Assembly: GCA_963850245.1 (NCBI GenBank)
Contig: CAWKLA010000013.1
Span: 46,151 to 110,150, forward strand
Direction of reading: 5' to 3'
DNA: 64,000 bases
DNA from: an uncultured Alphaproteobacteria bacterium
Lineage (GTDB): Bacteria > Pseudomonadota > Alphaproteobacteria > Rhizobiales > Xanthobacteraceae
Position 1 is the stretch's first letter. Each line of letters opens with the position of its first letter. The notes beneath the pieces are model-generated. The model was not told the origin of the DNA. It worked only from the letters and a program-made list of their open reading frames with translations, and made no database searches. Below are positions 29,267 through 39,596 of this stretch, piece by piece. The position numbers were made by a program, and so were the translations under genes.

Positions 29267-29731
29267 ATGGCCATCGCAATAGGCGATCTCGACGACGACG
29301 ATGATTTCAATGAGGCGCACGAGATCAACGTCACGCCATTCATCGACGTCATGCTCGTCCTTCTCATCATCTTCATGATCGCCGCGCCGCTCTCGACCGT
29401 CGATCTGCCGGTCGACCTGCCGACGTCGACCGCCGTGCCGCAAAAAAAGCCGGACAAGCCGACCTACGTCACCATCAAGTCCGATCTCGCGATTGCCATC
29501 GGCGAAACGCCGGTGAAGCGGGTCGATCTGGTGCGCGCCCTCGACGCCAATTCGGAAGAAGGCAAGGATCGCCGCATCTTTCTTCGGGCTGATCGCGGCG
29601 TGCCCTACGGCGAATTGATGGATGTGCTGGAGCGCTTGCGTCTCGGCGGCTATGGCAGAATAGCCCTCGTGGCCCTGGAGGGCGTACCGGTCGATCCTGC
29701 CGCACCGCCCGCGGCGAGCGGGGTTCAATAA
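29267..29731 (+). CDS. exbD: TonB-system transport protein ExbD
   Basis: ORF track. EINVTPFIDVMLVLLIIFMIAAPL...ADRGVPYGELMDVL is an ExbD sequence. Confidence 0.9.
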   Translation: MAIAIGDLDDDDDFNEAHEINVTPFIDVMLVLLIIFMIAAPLSTVDLPVDLPTSTAVPQKKPDKPTYVTIKSDLAIAIGETPVKRVDLVRALDANSEEGKDRRIFLRADRGVPYGELMDVLERLRLGGYGRIALVALEGVPVDPAAPPAASGVQ

Positions 29732-30540
29732 TGCCCGCGCCGTCTGACACCGAGCACGCTTCTGGTCATTCGCGCGCGATCTGGCTGGCCGCCGCGATCG
29801 GCGCGGTGACGCTCCACGCCGGCGCCATCGCGCTAGCGCTGGGTTCGATCCAGCCGGACGCCGACGCGGAACTCGGCGCGCCGGCGATCGAGATCGGCGT
29901 TGAACTAACCTCGCCTCGCGTCGAGCAGAGCGACGTGCCCGTAGGGCCGGATACACAGGCCGCGGCCGCGTCTCCAGCGGTGATCGAGCAGAAAGCAGTC
30001 GCCGTGCCGAGCGACTTGCCGAAGGCGGCTCCCACCGAGACCGACGATCCCGATCGGGTCGTCACGCCGAACGAGACAAAAAAGCCAGACGACGATCCGA
30101 AGATACCGACCGTCCAGGCCAGTCCTTCCATTGAATCCGTGGCGGCTGAGGAGACCTCCACGCAGAGCATTCCGAACGTCGTGGAATCGCCGCGCTCGGT
30201 TGCGCCCGCGGCCGGGACGGGCGAGAGCGCGCGGCGCGAACGGGTGACCTGGCAGAAAGAGCTGGCGGCCCATCTCGACAAATTCAAACGCTATCCGTCC
30301 GATCGTTTGGTGGGCCGCGCGGAGGTCGTGGTGAGCTTCGTCCTCGATCGGCTCGGGCATGTGTTGTCGAAACGCATCGTGAAAGGTTCCGGCGACGCTT
30401 CGTTCGACGCCTCGGCGCTTGATATGCTGCAACGCTCGGACCCGGTGCCGCCGCCGCCGCCATTGGTCGCCGACGACGGGCTCACCTTCAGCCTGCCGGT
30501 TATTTTTCATTCGAAGAAAGCCGGCGTCGCCAACAAATAG
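29731..30540 (+). CDS. tonB: Energy transducer TonB
   Basis: ORF track. It has an N-terminal TM helix, a Pro/Ala-rich spacer and a C-terminal TonB domain (WQKELAAHLDKFKRYPSDRL...VVVSFVLDRLGHVLSKRIVKGSGDASFDASALDML). The ATG overlaps the exbD stop (TAATG). Confidence 0.85.
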   Translation: MPAPSDTEHASGHSRAIWLAAAIGAVTLHAGAIALALGSIQPDADAELGAPAIEIGVELTSPRVEQSDVPVGPDTQAAAASPAVIEQKAVAVPSDLPKAAPTETDDPDRVVTPNETKKPDDDPKIPTVQASPSIESVAAEETSTQSIPNVVESPRSVAPAAGTGESARRERVTWQKELAAHLDKFKRYPSDRLVGRAEVVVSFVLDRLGHVLSKRIVKGSGDASFDASALDMLQRSDPVPPPPPLVADDGLTFSLPVIFHSKKAGVANK

Positions 30541-30582
30541 GGCGCTTGCCGCCCGGCAACGGCACAAAGGTAAAGGTGACCC

Positions 30583-30870
30583 ATGAGGTGGATGTTGCTC
30601 TTGAGCGTGCTGGCGGCGTCGGCAACGGCAATGCCTGGGACCGGCTACGCGCAAACCTGGTGCATTCGAGATTCTGCCGGCATCACTTCGGAAATCTGCG
30701 CCTTCTCGTCGGCCGAGGACTGCATCCGCGCCGCTTTAGTCGGCCCGTCCGGCGGAATCATTTGCGCGCCGCAACGAGGCCGTGCCGCCACTGCGGGCGG
30801 CGGGCGTTCTGGCAAAGTTATGCTGCAGGGTTTACGGCACCGCCGCCACTGGTGGCCTGCGAAGGGCTGA
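30583..30870 (+). CDS. DUF3551-like small secreted Cys-rich protein
   Basis: ORF track. After a signal peptide comes WCIRDSAGITSEICAFSSAEDCIRAALVGPSGGIICAP, the Cys pattern I associate with DUF3551 in Bradyrhizobiaceae. Confidence 0.55.
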   Translation: MRWMLLLSVLAASATAMPGTGYAQTWCIRDSAGITSEICAFSSAEDCIRAALVGPSGGIICAPQRGRAATAGGGRSGKVMLQGLRHRRHWWPAKG

Positions 30871-30930
30871 TTTTCACGCCGTCCCCGTGATCTCTCAGGT
30901 GCGGGAGCCAAAACGATCGCGACGGGCCGT

Positions 30931-31662
30931 TCACAGGCCCAGATAGAATTTCTTGATCAGGTCGTTGTTGTTGAGCGCCTCGGCGGAAGCGCCCTCGAAG
31001 GCGATCTTGCCGTGCACGATCACATAGCCGCGGTCGGCGATGCGGATGGCCTGTGTGAAATTCTGCTCGGCCATCAGCACGGTAAGATCATAGAGCTTTT
31101 TCATCTCGGCAATCGCCTCGATGGTACGGGCGACGAGAATTGGCGCGAGCCCAACGGAAGGTTCGTCGACCAGCAGGATTTTGGGCGCCAGCATCAGGGC
31201 GCGTCCGAGCGCGAGCATTTGCTGTTCGCCGCCGCTCATGCTGCCGGCAAGCTGGCCGCGGCGCTCGGCGAGCCGGGGAAACGTTTCGAAGCAGATCTCG
31301 AGATTGCGGGCGAGCGCGCGTCGCGCGGTCGGGCGGAACGCGCCGAGCAGAAGGTTCTCCTCGACCGTCAGTTTGGGAAACAGCCGGCGACCTTCCGGCA
31401 CCAGCGCGATACCGAGGTCGACGATCTCTTCGGTGGTGCGGCCGACAAGATCGTGATTGATGCCGTCGATTTCGGCGATGATCGACCCCTGGCTGGGCTT
31501 CACCATGCCCATGATGCATTTCATCAGCGTCGATTTGCCGTTGCCGTTGGTGCCGAGCAGCACCACGGTCTGGCCGCCGCCGATGTTGAGCGAGACATCC
31601 TCGATGACGCGCACGGCGCCATAGGCGGCATGAATGCCGGCGATGGTGAGGCTACTGGCCAA
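30931..31662 (-). CDS. livF: Branched-chain amino acid ABC transporter ATP-binding protein (LivF type)
   Basis: ORF track. It has Walker A (GTNGNGKST), the ABC signature (MSGGEQQMLALGRAL) and Walker B (ILLVDEPS). The apparent TTG start overlaps the livG stop. Confidence 0.87.
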   Translation of the reverse strand: MASSLTIAGIHAAYGAVRVIEDVSLNIGGGQTVVLLGTNGNGKSTLMKCIMGMVKPSQGSIIAEIDGINHDLVGRTTEEIVDLGIALVPEGRRLFPKLTVEENLLLGAFRPTARRALARNLEICFETFPRLAERRGQLAGSMSGGEQQMLALGRALMLAPKILLVDEPSVGLAPILVARTIEAIAEMKKLYDLTVLMAEQNFTQAIRIADRGYVIVHGKIAFEGASAEALNNNDLIKKFYLGL

Positions 31663-32386
31663 GGTAGGCTTTCTCCACTTCCGGCTGGCGCACGACCTCG
31701 TTCGGATCGCCGTCGGCGATCTTGCGCCCGGAAACCAGGACCACGAGGCGCTGCGAAAAGCTCATCACCGCTCTCATGATGTGCTCGATGAGGATGATGG
31801 TGACGCCCTGGCTGTTGAGGCGCAGCAGCAAGTTCAGGATTTCCTCGACCTCGGAATGGGTCAAGCCGGCCATCAACTCGTCGGCGATCAGGAGCTTCGG
31901 CTCCGCCGCCATGGCGCGCGCGAGTTCGAGCTTGCGCATTTCGACCTGGGTCAGCTCGCGGGGCAGCCGCCGTGCCTTGCCGTCGAGACCTACCTCGCGC
32001 AGGAGGTCCACGCACCGGTCCTCGATGCCCCGCGTCGAGCGCCCGGCGCCACCGCGCGCCGCCACCGTATAGATGAGGGGGATGCGCATGTTGTCGAGCA
32101 GGCTGAGGCTGGCGAACGGCCGAGGCAGCTGAAAGGTGCGGGCGAGGCCGCGGCGGGTGCGCTGGTGCGCGTTGGAGCCGTTGAGCGAATGCCCGTCAAA
32201 GCTCACCGAACCCGCCTCGTTCTGCAGCGTGCCGCAGATGCAATTGACCAGTGTGCTCTTGCCGGAGCCGTTCGGGCCGATCAGCCCGACGCGTTCGCCC
32301 GCCTTGACTGAGACCGAGATGTCCTCCAGCGCGACGAAACCGCCGAAGCGCTTGCCGAGACCCTCGACTGCGAGCAACTGGCTCAT
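31652..32386 (-). CDS. livG: Branched-chain amino acid ABC transporter ATP-binding protein (LivG type)
   Basis: This is the C-terminal 244 aa of ORF 31652..33247, starting MSQLLAVEGLGKRFGGFVAL. It has GPNGSGKST, a signature-like motif (ELTQVEMRKLELARAM) and LLIADELMAGL. Confidence 0.87.
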   Translation of the reverse strand: MSQLLAVEGLGKRFGGFVALEDISVSVKAGERVGLIGPNGSGKSTLVNCICGTLQNEAGSVSFDGHSLNGSNAHQRTRRGLARTFQLPRPFASLSLLDNMRIPLIYTVAARGGAGRSTRGIEDRCVDLLREVGLDGKARRLPRELTQVEMRKLELARAMAAEPKLLIADELMAGLTHSEVEEILNLLLRLNSQGVTIILIEHIMRAVMSFSQRLVVLVSGRKIADGDPNEVVRQPEVEKAYLGQ

Positions 32387-33381
32387 GGTACCTGCCCTGA
32401 TGCGTCGGCCTTGATATGGCCGGCCTGTCCGGCCGGACGGCGTTGGAAGAACTTGGCCGCCAGTCCGATGATGCCGTTCGGCGCCACGATAACAAATCCC
32501 ACGAGCAAAAACCCTACGATCAGAAGATTGACGGCGGACGATATGGTCACGGTCGCGATCTGCTGCAGCGAGCCGAGCAGTATCGCGCCGATCAGAGGGC
32601 CCGCCCAGCTCGTCGTGCCGCCGATCAGCGGCATTGCGATCGAATTCACGCTGTAGTCGAGGCCGAACGCGGAACTCGGCTGGAGGTAGCCGATGTAATA
32701 CGGAAACGGCGCGCCCGCCATGCCCATCAGCGCGCCGGAGATCGTGGTCGCGATGAGCTTGAGGCGCAGCGTCGGCACGCCGGAGGCCTCCGCCGCCAGC
32801 TCGTCGTCGCGAATGGTGGCGAAACCGAAGCCGAGGCGCGAACGCTCGATGATCTGCGCGACCGTGATCGCCCCAACCGCGCACAGCATCATGATGGCGA
32901 ACAGGTATTTGATGTAGGTGATATGGCGACCAAACAGATCGATCGCCTCCGGCCGCACGATATAGGCGCCACGCGAGCCGCCGACGAAATCCCAGTTGAC
33001 GATGAGCGTCTGCAGCACCACGGCGAGTGCGAGCGTCGCGATGGCGAAAAACGCCCCGCGCAGCCGCAGCGTCAGATAGCCCATGCCGAGACCTACGACA
33101 CCCGAGACAATGCCGCCGATGACGACCAGGACGGGGATCGGCATCGGCTGGATCTTGTACAAAGCGACCGTCGAATAGGCGCCGACGGCAAAGAATGCCG
33201 CCGAGCCGAAATTCACGTATCCGCAATAGCCGCCGAGGATGTTCCACGCCGTCGCGAGCACGACGTATTGCAACACGACGTAGCCGGCGAAAAAATAATA
33301 CTCGTTGCCGAGCGCGAGCGCCGCCGCGAAAATCACGGCGCCGACGGCGAGGCAGATAAGGAAGAAGAGGTCTGACCGCAC
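32383..33381 (-). CDS. livM: Branched-chain amino acid ABC transporter permease (LivM type)
   Basis: This is the in-frame part of ORF 32383..33810 from the GTG at 33381 (VRSDLFFLICLAVGAV...). It is a multi-pass permease with ATAWNILGGYCGYVNFGSAAFFAVGAY. Confidence 0.85.
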   Translation of the reverse strand: MRSDLFFLICLAVGAVIFAAALALGNEYYFFAGYVVLQYVVLATAWNILGGYCGYVNFGSAAFFAVGAYSTVALYKIQPMPIPVLVVIGGIVSGVVGLGMGYLTLRLRGAFFAIATLALAVVLQTLIVNWDFVGGSRGAYIVRPEAIDLFGRHITYIKYLFAIMMLCAVGAITVAQIIERSRLGFGFATIRDDELAAEASGVPTLRLKLIATTISGALMGMAGAPFPYYIGYLQPSSAFGLDYSVNSIAMPLIGGTTSWAGPLIGAILLGSLQQIATVTISSAVNLLIVGFLLVGFVIVAPNGIIGLAAKFFQRRPAGQAGHIKADASGQVP

Positions 33382-33383
33382 GT

Positions 33384-34259
33384 CTAGCGTCCCAGCAAGC
33401 CGGCCGGCCGCACCGCCAGCGTCAGCAACAAAAACCCGAACGAGACGGCGGGCGCCCAGGAAGGGCCGTAGAACGTCGACGTGAGACTCTCGACAATGCC
33501 GACCAGCATGGCGGCGATGACGGTACCCGGCAGGCTGCCCATGCCGCCAAGCACGCAGATCGCAAATACCCGGCCGATATACTCGCGGCCGACCGACGGT
33601 TCGATCGGCTGGATGACGATGAGAAAGGCTCCGGCCAGCGAAGCGGTCGCGATCGAAATGCCGAACGCAATCCGCTTGATGCGGATGGGGTCGACCGCCA
33701 GCAGCTTCAGCGCGAACTGGTCCTGCGCCACCGCCATGACGGCGCGGCCGAGAAAGGTGCGCGTCAGGAAGAGCTGCAACGCCGCGATCAGCAGCAGCGA
33801 CACCACGCACGGCACCAGAATCCGCAGCGGAATGTCGAGCGGCCCGAAATGCAGCGTCGGTCCGATGTAGGGCGCCTCGACGTAGCGGTAGTCGACGCCG
33901 AAATAGAGCACGAGTGTCACTTCGGTGATGAACAGAAGACCGAAGAAGAAGGCGAGGCCGCGCAGCGATTCCTGGCCGCGTTTCTCGAACGAGAGATAGT
34001 AGACTTGATAGATAACGGCTCCCAGCACGTAGAACGCCGGCATCGCCACGATGCTGGCGATGATCGGGTCGAGCCCGAGTTTAGCGTTGATGACGTAGGC
34101 GACGTAGGAACCGAGGATGATGAAGGCGGGATGGGCGATGTTGACGATGTCGAGAATGCCGAAAGAAAGCGACACTCCGGCCGTCACGGCGGCGTAAAAG
34201 GCGCCGATCAGGATGCCCGACACGATGGCATTAATCAGTAGATCGGACGAAAAGATCAT
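33384..34259 (-). CDS. livH: Branched-chain amino acid ABC transporter permease (LivH type)
   Basis: ORF 33384..34283. MIFSSDLLINAIVSGILIGAFYAAVTAGVSLSFGILDIVNIAHPAF is a typical LivH N-terminus. Confidence 0.85.
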   Translation of the reverse strand: MIFSSDLLINAIVSGILIGAFYAAVTAGVSLSFGILDIVNIAHPAFIILGSYVAYVINAKLGLDPIIASIVAMPAFYVLGAVIYQVYYLSFEKRGQESLRGLAFFFGLLFITEVTLVLYFGVDYRYVEAPYIGPTLHFGPLDIPLRILVPCVVSLLLIAALQLFLTRTFLGRAVMAVAQDQFALKLLAVDPIRIKRIAFGISIATASLAGAFLIVIQPIEPSVGREYIGRVFAICVLGGMGSLPGTVIAAMLVGIVESLTSTFYGPSWAPAVSFGFLLLTLAVRPAGLLGR

Positions 34260-34345
34260 TCTCAGTCCTGGCCGCGTGCACAACGTGCCGGCATGATTGC
34301 CCCGGAAAGCGCTGTGCGCGCGTGCGATCCGAGAAGACCTGAGCT

Positions 34346-34790
34346 TTACGCTGCGGCCCGCACCGTGACGGGAAGCACAAGCGGCTCGTTGGCGCTGTTG
34401 AGGAACTCGACGGTCATGAAGACCATCTCTTTGTCGCTGATATTTTCCAGATCGTGGACCTTGAAGTCACCCGGTCCGTAGGTTTCGTGCCTGCGTTTCG
34501 CCCGGCTGGTAGGTATATTCAACCGTTGTGCCGTCGTAAACATGCTGGCGGGCGCGCCCGCCGGTAACGCTGGTCCAGAAATAATCGAGCACGTGGCGGT
34601 GAAAGCCGAACCGCTCGCCCGGCGCGAGCCTGATCATCCAAACCCGCGCGCGCTCGTTTTCGGAGAGGAGCGTGCTGCCGACGCGACCGTTGTTGTTTTG
34701 CCGCTCGCGCTCGAATTCTGCGGCGATGTCGGCTGGCCAGGCCGACGTGTCGGCGTGATCGTTGGGCTTTTCCAGCATTGTCAGGGCCAT
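34346..34790 (-). pseudogene. Cupin domain protein, one frame break
   Basis: The N-terminal part is in ORF 34467..34844 (MALTMLEKPN...LAPGERFGFHRHVLDYFWTSVTGG...EYTYQPGET). The C-terminal part is in ORF 34346..34543 (HETYGPGDFKVHDLENISDKEMVFMTVEF). The two join near 34488-34493. Confidence 0.6.
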
Positions 34791-35001
34791 AGGCGTGCTC
34801 CCGCGATTTTCTGCACAATACAGAAGGCTTCCGCCTATTGGCAAATCGGTTTGGCAGATAACAGGATGGCATCATGCCGAAGCGTTCTGCATGTCACGGG
34901 CGTACGCCCGCTATGGCAGGATGCATCTGCGGTCGGCGGCTGTCGCGGTGAATTGGTCTTGGGGCGTCGCCCACGGCGCAACCAGGAGCGGGCCGATGAT
35001 T

Positions 35002-35760
35002 TCAGACGTGCTGGCCGCCGTTGATGTGGATCTCGGCGCCGTTGACGTACGACGAGGTCTCCGTACACAGCACGTAGATGATTTTTGCCACTTCGTCCGG
35101 TGTGCCGAGGCGATGCATCGGGATCATCTCGACGATCTTTTCGGTGCCTGGCGAAAGCATCGCCGTGTCGATCTCGCCCGGCGCGATGGCGTTGACGCGA
35201 ACGCCGACGGCGCCGAAGTCGTGCGCCATCTCGCGGGTGAGCGCGGCGAGCGCCGCCTTCGACGTCGAGTAGGCCGCACCGGCGAAAGGATGCACGCGCG
35301 AGCCGGCGATCGAGGTGACGTTGACCACCGAGCCCTTGGCGGCCTTGAGCTCGTCGAGAAGCCCGCGCGCCAGCGTGATGGGGGCAAAGAAGTTCACCTG
35401 GAAGACGTGGTGCCAGTCGTCCTGCGAAGTATCGATCGAGTCGAGCCGCTTGCCGCCTGCCGCCTTCGGTGAGATCGCTGCGTTGTTGACCAGTGCATGC
35501 AGCTCGCCATCGAGCCGCCGCTTGATCTCGGCGATCGCCGCGTCGGTGTTTTCGGTGTCGGCGAGATCGACCTGGATGTGATCCTCGGGTCCCGCCTCCC
35601 ACGGACAATTCTCCGGGAAGGGATGCCGCGAGCAGGTGATGACGCGCCAGCCGGCCGCGGAGAACCGCTTGACCGTGGCGTGGCCGATGCCGCGGCTCGC
35701 CCCCGTGAGGAGGAGCGTGCGGCGTTGCCGGTTGTTCGCAGGAGTTTTTTCCGGGCTCAT
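35002..35760 (-). CDS. SDR family oxidoreductase
   Basis: ORF track. It has [12 protein letters not shown] and YSTSKAAL motifs. Confidence 0.85.
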   Translation of the reverse strand: MSPEKTPANNRQRRTLLLTGASRGIGHATVKRFSAAGWRVITCSRHPFPENCPWEAGPEDHIQVDLADTENTDAAIAEIKRRLDGELHALVNNAAISPKAAGGKRLDSIDTSQDDWHHVFQVNFFAPITLARGLLDELKAAKGSVVNVTSIAGSRVHPFAGAAYSTSKAALAALTREMAHDFGAVGVRVNAIAPGEIDTAMLSPGTEKIVEMIPMHRLGTPDEVAKIIYVLCTETSSYVNGAEIHINGGQHV

Positions 35761-36398
35761 GGATATAGCCGCGTCTTGTTCCAGGGGGCGTGCGGGTCGG
35801 CGCGCCGGAATCTGACGCGGTCATGCAGGCGAAACGGCCGTTCCTGCCAGAATTCGATTTCAATCGGTACCACGCGATACCCCGACCAGTGCGGTGGCCG
35901 CGGCACTGCGCCGATCGCGAATTTCGCCGTTGAGCGGGCGACCGCCTTCTCGAACGCGAGGCGGCTTTCGAGCGCGGTGGATTGCTTGCTTGCCCACGCG
36001 CCGATCTGCGCCATGCGCGAGCGCGTGGCGAAATAGGCGTCGGCTTCTTCCGCGGTAACAGGCTCGACATGGCCACGCGCGCGGACCTGACGCTGCAGCG
36101 ATTTCCAGTAGAAGGTCAGCGCGGCCTTGGGTGTTTCCGTCAGCTCGCGGCCCTTGACGCTGCCGAGATTCGTATAGAACACGAACCCGCATTCATCGAA
36201 GCCCTTCAGAAGCACCATGCGTGCATTGGGCAGCCCGTCGGCGTCGACGGTCGCGAGCGTCATGGCTTCCGGATTGACCGGCTCGGCGCGGGCGGCCTCG
36301 GCGAACCATGCCGCGAACAGCCGGAAAGGCTCGTCAGCTTCGGTGAAGTCACCGCCTGTTAACCATCCCGGGTGTTCTATGGAGGGAGCGTCGGACAT
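35757..36398 (-). CDS. pdxH: Pyridoxamine 5'-phosphate oxidase
   Basis: ORF track. [30 protein letters not shown]...[16 protein letters not shown]...[28 protein letters not shown] is a PdxH sequence. Confidence 0.9.
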   Translation of the reverse strand: MSDAPSIEHPGWLTGGDFTEADEPFRLFAAWFAEAARAEPVNPEAMTLATVDADGLPNARMVLLKGFDECGFVFYTNLGSVKGRELTETPKAALTFYWKSLQRQVRARGHVEPVTAEEADAYFATRSRMAQIGAWASKQSTALESRLAFEKAVARSTAKFAIGAVPRPPHWSGYRVVPIEIEFWQERPFRLHDRVRFRRADPHAPWNKTRLYP

Positions 36399-36416
36399 TG
36401 CGTTGGAGTATCCAGA

Positions 36417-36944
36417 GTGCTCGCGTGCGGCGATCGGGAAGCGGTCCGCTGGGCTCTATATAGTGGAATCAGGGGGCTGCGCCTACGCCGGCCCTCGCAC
36501 TTCCTTGCCTCCGTCGCGGCGATTCTCGGCGCCTTCTCCGCCGGAGGCTGCGCCTACCAGCTCGAAACGACTTATTCCAAAGCCGAGGCCGACGTCGAGC
36601 AGACCGGCTCCATTGCCCGCACCAGCCAACGCACGGCGGATGTTGTGACTACATCGGCTACATCGGTTCCTTCGGAGACCGATCTCGCGTACGCGCGGGC
36701 CGCTGCCGCCGACGTGCTGGCGCGCGGATCGAAAGACACCAGCGTTCCGTGGGAGAATCCAAACACCGGCGCGGGCGGCAACATCACGCCACTGGCGGCG
36801 CATAACGAGGGCAGTTCCGCCTGCCGCGATTTCCTGGCGAGCTACGTCCTCGGCCAAGCGCAAGCGTGGCTGGAGGGCGAGGCCTGCCGGACCGAGCGCG
36901 GCCGGTGGGAGGTGAAGCGGCTCAAACCCCTCAAGCAGGGCTGA
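36417..36944 (+). CDS. Surface-antigen-like lipoprotein (RT0821/Lpp0805-type), start uncertain
   Basis: ORF 36372..36944. It has a lipoprotein-like signal ([24 protein letters not shown]). The C-terminal part ([16 protein letters not shown]...CRDFLASYV...WLEGEACR...GRWEVKRL) resembles the 17-kDa surface antigen family. Confidence 0.55.
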   Translation: MLACGDREAVRWALYSGIRGLRLRRPSHFLASVAAILGAFSAGGCAYQLETTYSKAEADVEQTGSIARTSQRTADVVTTSATSVPSETDLAYARAAAADVLARGSKDTSVPWENPNTGAGGNITPLAAHNEGSSACRDFLASYVLGQAQAWLEGEACRTERGRWEVKRLKPLKQG

Positions 36945-37060
36945 TCGGCTGCTAATCGCGATCCTGCAAGCGACCGCATTGCACGCCGGTCGTCAAAGTC
37001 CCACATTGATGGCCACGGGCAGGCGGGGCCGGCCCCAAAACCGAGCGGAGTTACTGGGGG

Positions 37061-38049
37061 ATGCGTGATCCCTATGAGGTGCTGGGCGTTGACCGCAAGG
37101 CCACCGCAGCCGACATCAAAAGTGCCTTTCGTCGCCAGGCGAAAAAACTGCATCCCGATGCCAACAAAAATGATCCAAAGGCGGCGTCGCGCTTTGCCGA
37201 GCTCAATGCCGCATACGAAATCCTCGGCGAGGAGGACAAGCGCAAGGCATTCGACCGCGGCGAGATCGATGCCGAGGGCAAGCCCCGCTTCCGCGGTTTT
37301 GAGGGGTATGGCGGCGCCGCTGGCGCGCGTCCCAATGCGGGCTTTGGTCCCGAGAGCGAGTTCGAATCTTTCAGCTTTGGTCCCGAGGGCTTTACCCGCG
37401 CGGCGCCAGACGAGGCCGTGCGGGCGCCGACGCCGGCGCTGGCGGCTTCGAAGATATCCTGCGCGAGGCCTTCGGCGGCGCGCGCCGGGGCGGACACGGC
37501 GCCACCTTCGAAACCGAGGACTTTGGCGGCGGTGCGAACATCTCGGCTTCGATGACGGTGTCGTTGCCGGACGCCGCTCAGGGCGCCACCCAACGCATTC
37601 GGTTGCCGTCCGGCAAGGATGTCGAGGTGAAAATCCCCGCCGGCATCAGCAACGGCCAGCAAATCCGGCTCCGCGGTCAGGGCATGGCGGGGCCGAGCGG
37701 CGCGGCGGGAGACTTGCTGATCACCGTGTCGATCGCTCCGCACCCGACGTTCACGCTCGACGGCGCTGATATCCGGCTCGACCTGCCGGTGACGCTTTAC
37801 GAAGCCGCTCTCGGCGCCAAGGTGAGGGTGCCGACGCTCGACCGGCCGGTCGAGCTCACGATTCCGCCGGGCACCAGCGGCGGGCGAACCTTCCGCCTCA
37901 AGGGCAAAGGCTTTCCGGCGAAAGAGGGCCGCGGCGATCTCCTCGCCACGGTCCGTATCATGCTGCCGGAAAAAACCGACGCCGATTTCGAAGCGCTGAT
38001 GAAGAAGTGGCAGACCGAGAAGCCCTACGATCCGCGCAAGGGAATGTAA
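37061..38049 (+). pseudogene. DnaJ/CbpA-like co-chaperone (J domain plus DnaJ C-terminal domain, no zinc finger), one frame break
   Basis: The J domain (DPYEVLGVDRKATAADIKSAFRRQAKKLHPDANKND) is in ORF 37061..37555. My own translation of the next frame from about 37400 gives GARRGRAGADAGAGGFEDILREAFGG...ASMTVSLPDAAQGATQRIRLPSGKDVEVKIPAGISNGQQIRLRGQG..., which continues into ORF 37552..38049. Confidence 0.8.
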
Positions 38050-38125
38050 GTCCTCGATCAAGGTCTCTGATCCAAGTCCTCGCCTCGGGTTGCGCGTCTG
38101 CACCGATCAGCGTACCCACCACCCG

Positions 38126-39469
38126 ATGGGCAGCGGGGTTTTTACGTTCGACGCGATTTCGCGGCCGGGCCGGCGTGAATGGGTCGCCATCGCGATCGTC
38201 GCCGTGCTCACGCTGCTGTTTCTTCCGCTGGTCGTGTGGAAGACCGTCTGGCTCGGTCAGGGCGATGTGCAGGTCTTCTTTCGCGCCGGTTGGGCGATCT
38301 GGACCGGTTATCCGCTGTACGAGGTCGCCGATCATCACGGCTGGACCTATCACTATCCGCCGACCTTCGCGTTGTTCATGGGGCCGTTTGCCAACCCGCT
38401 GCCGGATCATTCGCGGCCGTGGTGGGCGCTGCCGTATCCCGCGGCGGTGGCGGCCTGGTATCTCATCAATTCCGCTTGCCTGCTGCTCGCCGTTCATGTC
38501 TGGGCCAACGCGCTGGAGCGCTATCGGCCCATCGCGGTGCGCGCGGGATATTTGCAGCGTCCGTGGGCGCTGCGGCTCTGTCCGCTGATCGCGCTTCTAC
38601 CTTTCATCGGCGACGGATTGGCCCGCGGTCAGCCGGCGCCGGTGCTGCTTTTTCTGGTCGTCCTGTTCCTGGCCCTCTACGTCGAGAACCGCGTCGCTGC
38701 GGCATCGTTTGCTTTCTCGCTCGCCATCACCGTCAAATTGTTTCCGCTCGTGCTCGCGGTCATTCCGTTCTTGCGGCGCGACTGGAAATTCATGGCGTGG
38801 ACGGCGGTCTGGTGCGTCTTTCTTTTGCTCTGCCTGCCGCTGGCCTGCCTCGGGGTCACGGCGACGTTCGAACTCTACCGCATCATGTTCATCGATCACC
38901 TGGCCGGCATCGCCAGCGGAGCGATGTCGATCAAGATCGCGAGCGAGGTTTCGCCGGGCGGTTATTCGAGCATCGGTATCGGCGCCGTCGTCGCTCGCCT
39001 CGCCGCCGGCGAACCATTCTATTCGGCGCCGCTGCCGCAATGGGCGTCTGCGGTCCAGCTCCTGTTCAACGCCGCGGTCGTCATCGCCGTCGCCGTGCTC
39101 GGCCGTGGCGGCTTCTGGAGCTTGCGCGGCGCGCAACCCGCCGCCGGCTATCCGCTGCTCGTTGCCGGCGCGGTTTTGTTTGCGGCGATACCGCTGATGA
39201 TCGCATTTGCCGGACCGCAATACGTGACGTTCGCCGTTCCGCTGATGGCCGTGCTCCTCGTCGAAGCATGGCAGCGGCGCGGCGAGGAGGTCCTCACCGG
39301 AACGATGATCGCGTGGACCGTGGCGGCGTGGCTCTCGATGCTTGCGCTCGAGGTGCCGTGGAACTGGCTCAAGCTCGGCGGGCCGATGACCTGGGTCTTG
39401 CTGCTTCTCGGTCCGGCAAGTCTTTCGCTTGTTCGCAGCGTATCGACCAGGCGCGCTGCGACAAGTTGA
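38126..39469 (+). CDS. Polytopic membrane protein, GT87/DUF2029-like glycosyltransferase
   Basis: ORF 38090..39469. It has about 10 predicted TM helices. The N-terminal region (GDVQVFFRAGWAIWTGYPLYEV...YHYPPTFALFMGPF) matches the DUF2029 pattern as I remember it. Confidence 0.65.
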   Translation: MGSGVFTFDAISRPGRREWVAIAIVAVLTLLFLPLVVWKTVWLGQGDVQVFFRAGWAIWTGYPLYEVADHHGWTYHYPPTFALFMGPFANPLPDHSRPWWALPYPAAVAAWYLINSACLLLAVHVWANALERYRPIAVRAGYLQRPWALRLCPLIALLPFIGDGLARGQPAPVLLFLVVLFLALYVENRVAAASFAFSLAITVKLFPLVLAVIPFLRRDWKFMAWTAVWCVFLLLCLPLACLGVTATFELYRIMFIDHLAGIASGAMSIKIASEVSPGGYSSIGIGAVVARLAAGEPFYSAPLPQWASAVQLLFNAAVVIAVAVLGRGGFWSLRGAQPAAGYPLLVAGAVLFAAIPLMIAFAGPQYVTFAVPLMAVLLVEAWQRRGEEVLTGTMIAWTVAAWLSMLALEVPWNWLKLGGPMTWVLLLLGPASLSLVRSVSTRRAATS

Positions 39470-39596
39470 CCACGTCGCGGCCCAAATCCCTCCGATTAGC
39501 CAATTAGATCGGCGTATCCGCCGTGCGCGCTTGATGGCTCCCTCGGGCCTATGCCATAGGAGGTTCGGCGCTGGAATCGTCGAGCGGGGGCGGAGA

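Noticed and set aside
31652-33810. The 531-aa and 475-aa ORFs in the liv operon, which suggest fused or much longer proteins.
   Set aside because: The N-terminal extensions are Arg/Gly/His-rich read-through of the upstream permease genes in another frame. Canonical LivG (MSQLLAVEGL...) and LivM (VRSDLFFLICL...) starts lie internally and abut the upstream stops.
34791-35001. Twin TTGGCA motifs (ATTGGCAAATCGGTTTGGCAG) as a sigma-54 promoter for the cupin-liv operon.
   Set aside because: The motif is on the plus strand while the operon is on the minus strand, and the GG/GC spacing does not fit the -24/-12 geometry.
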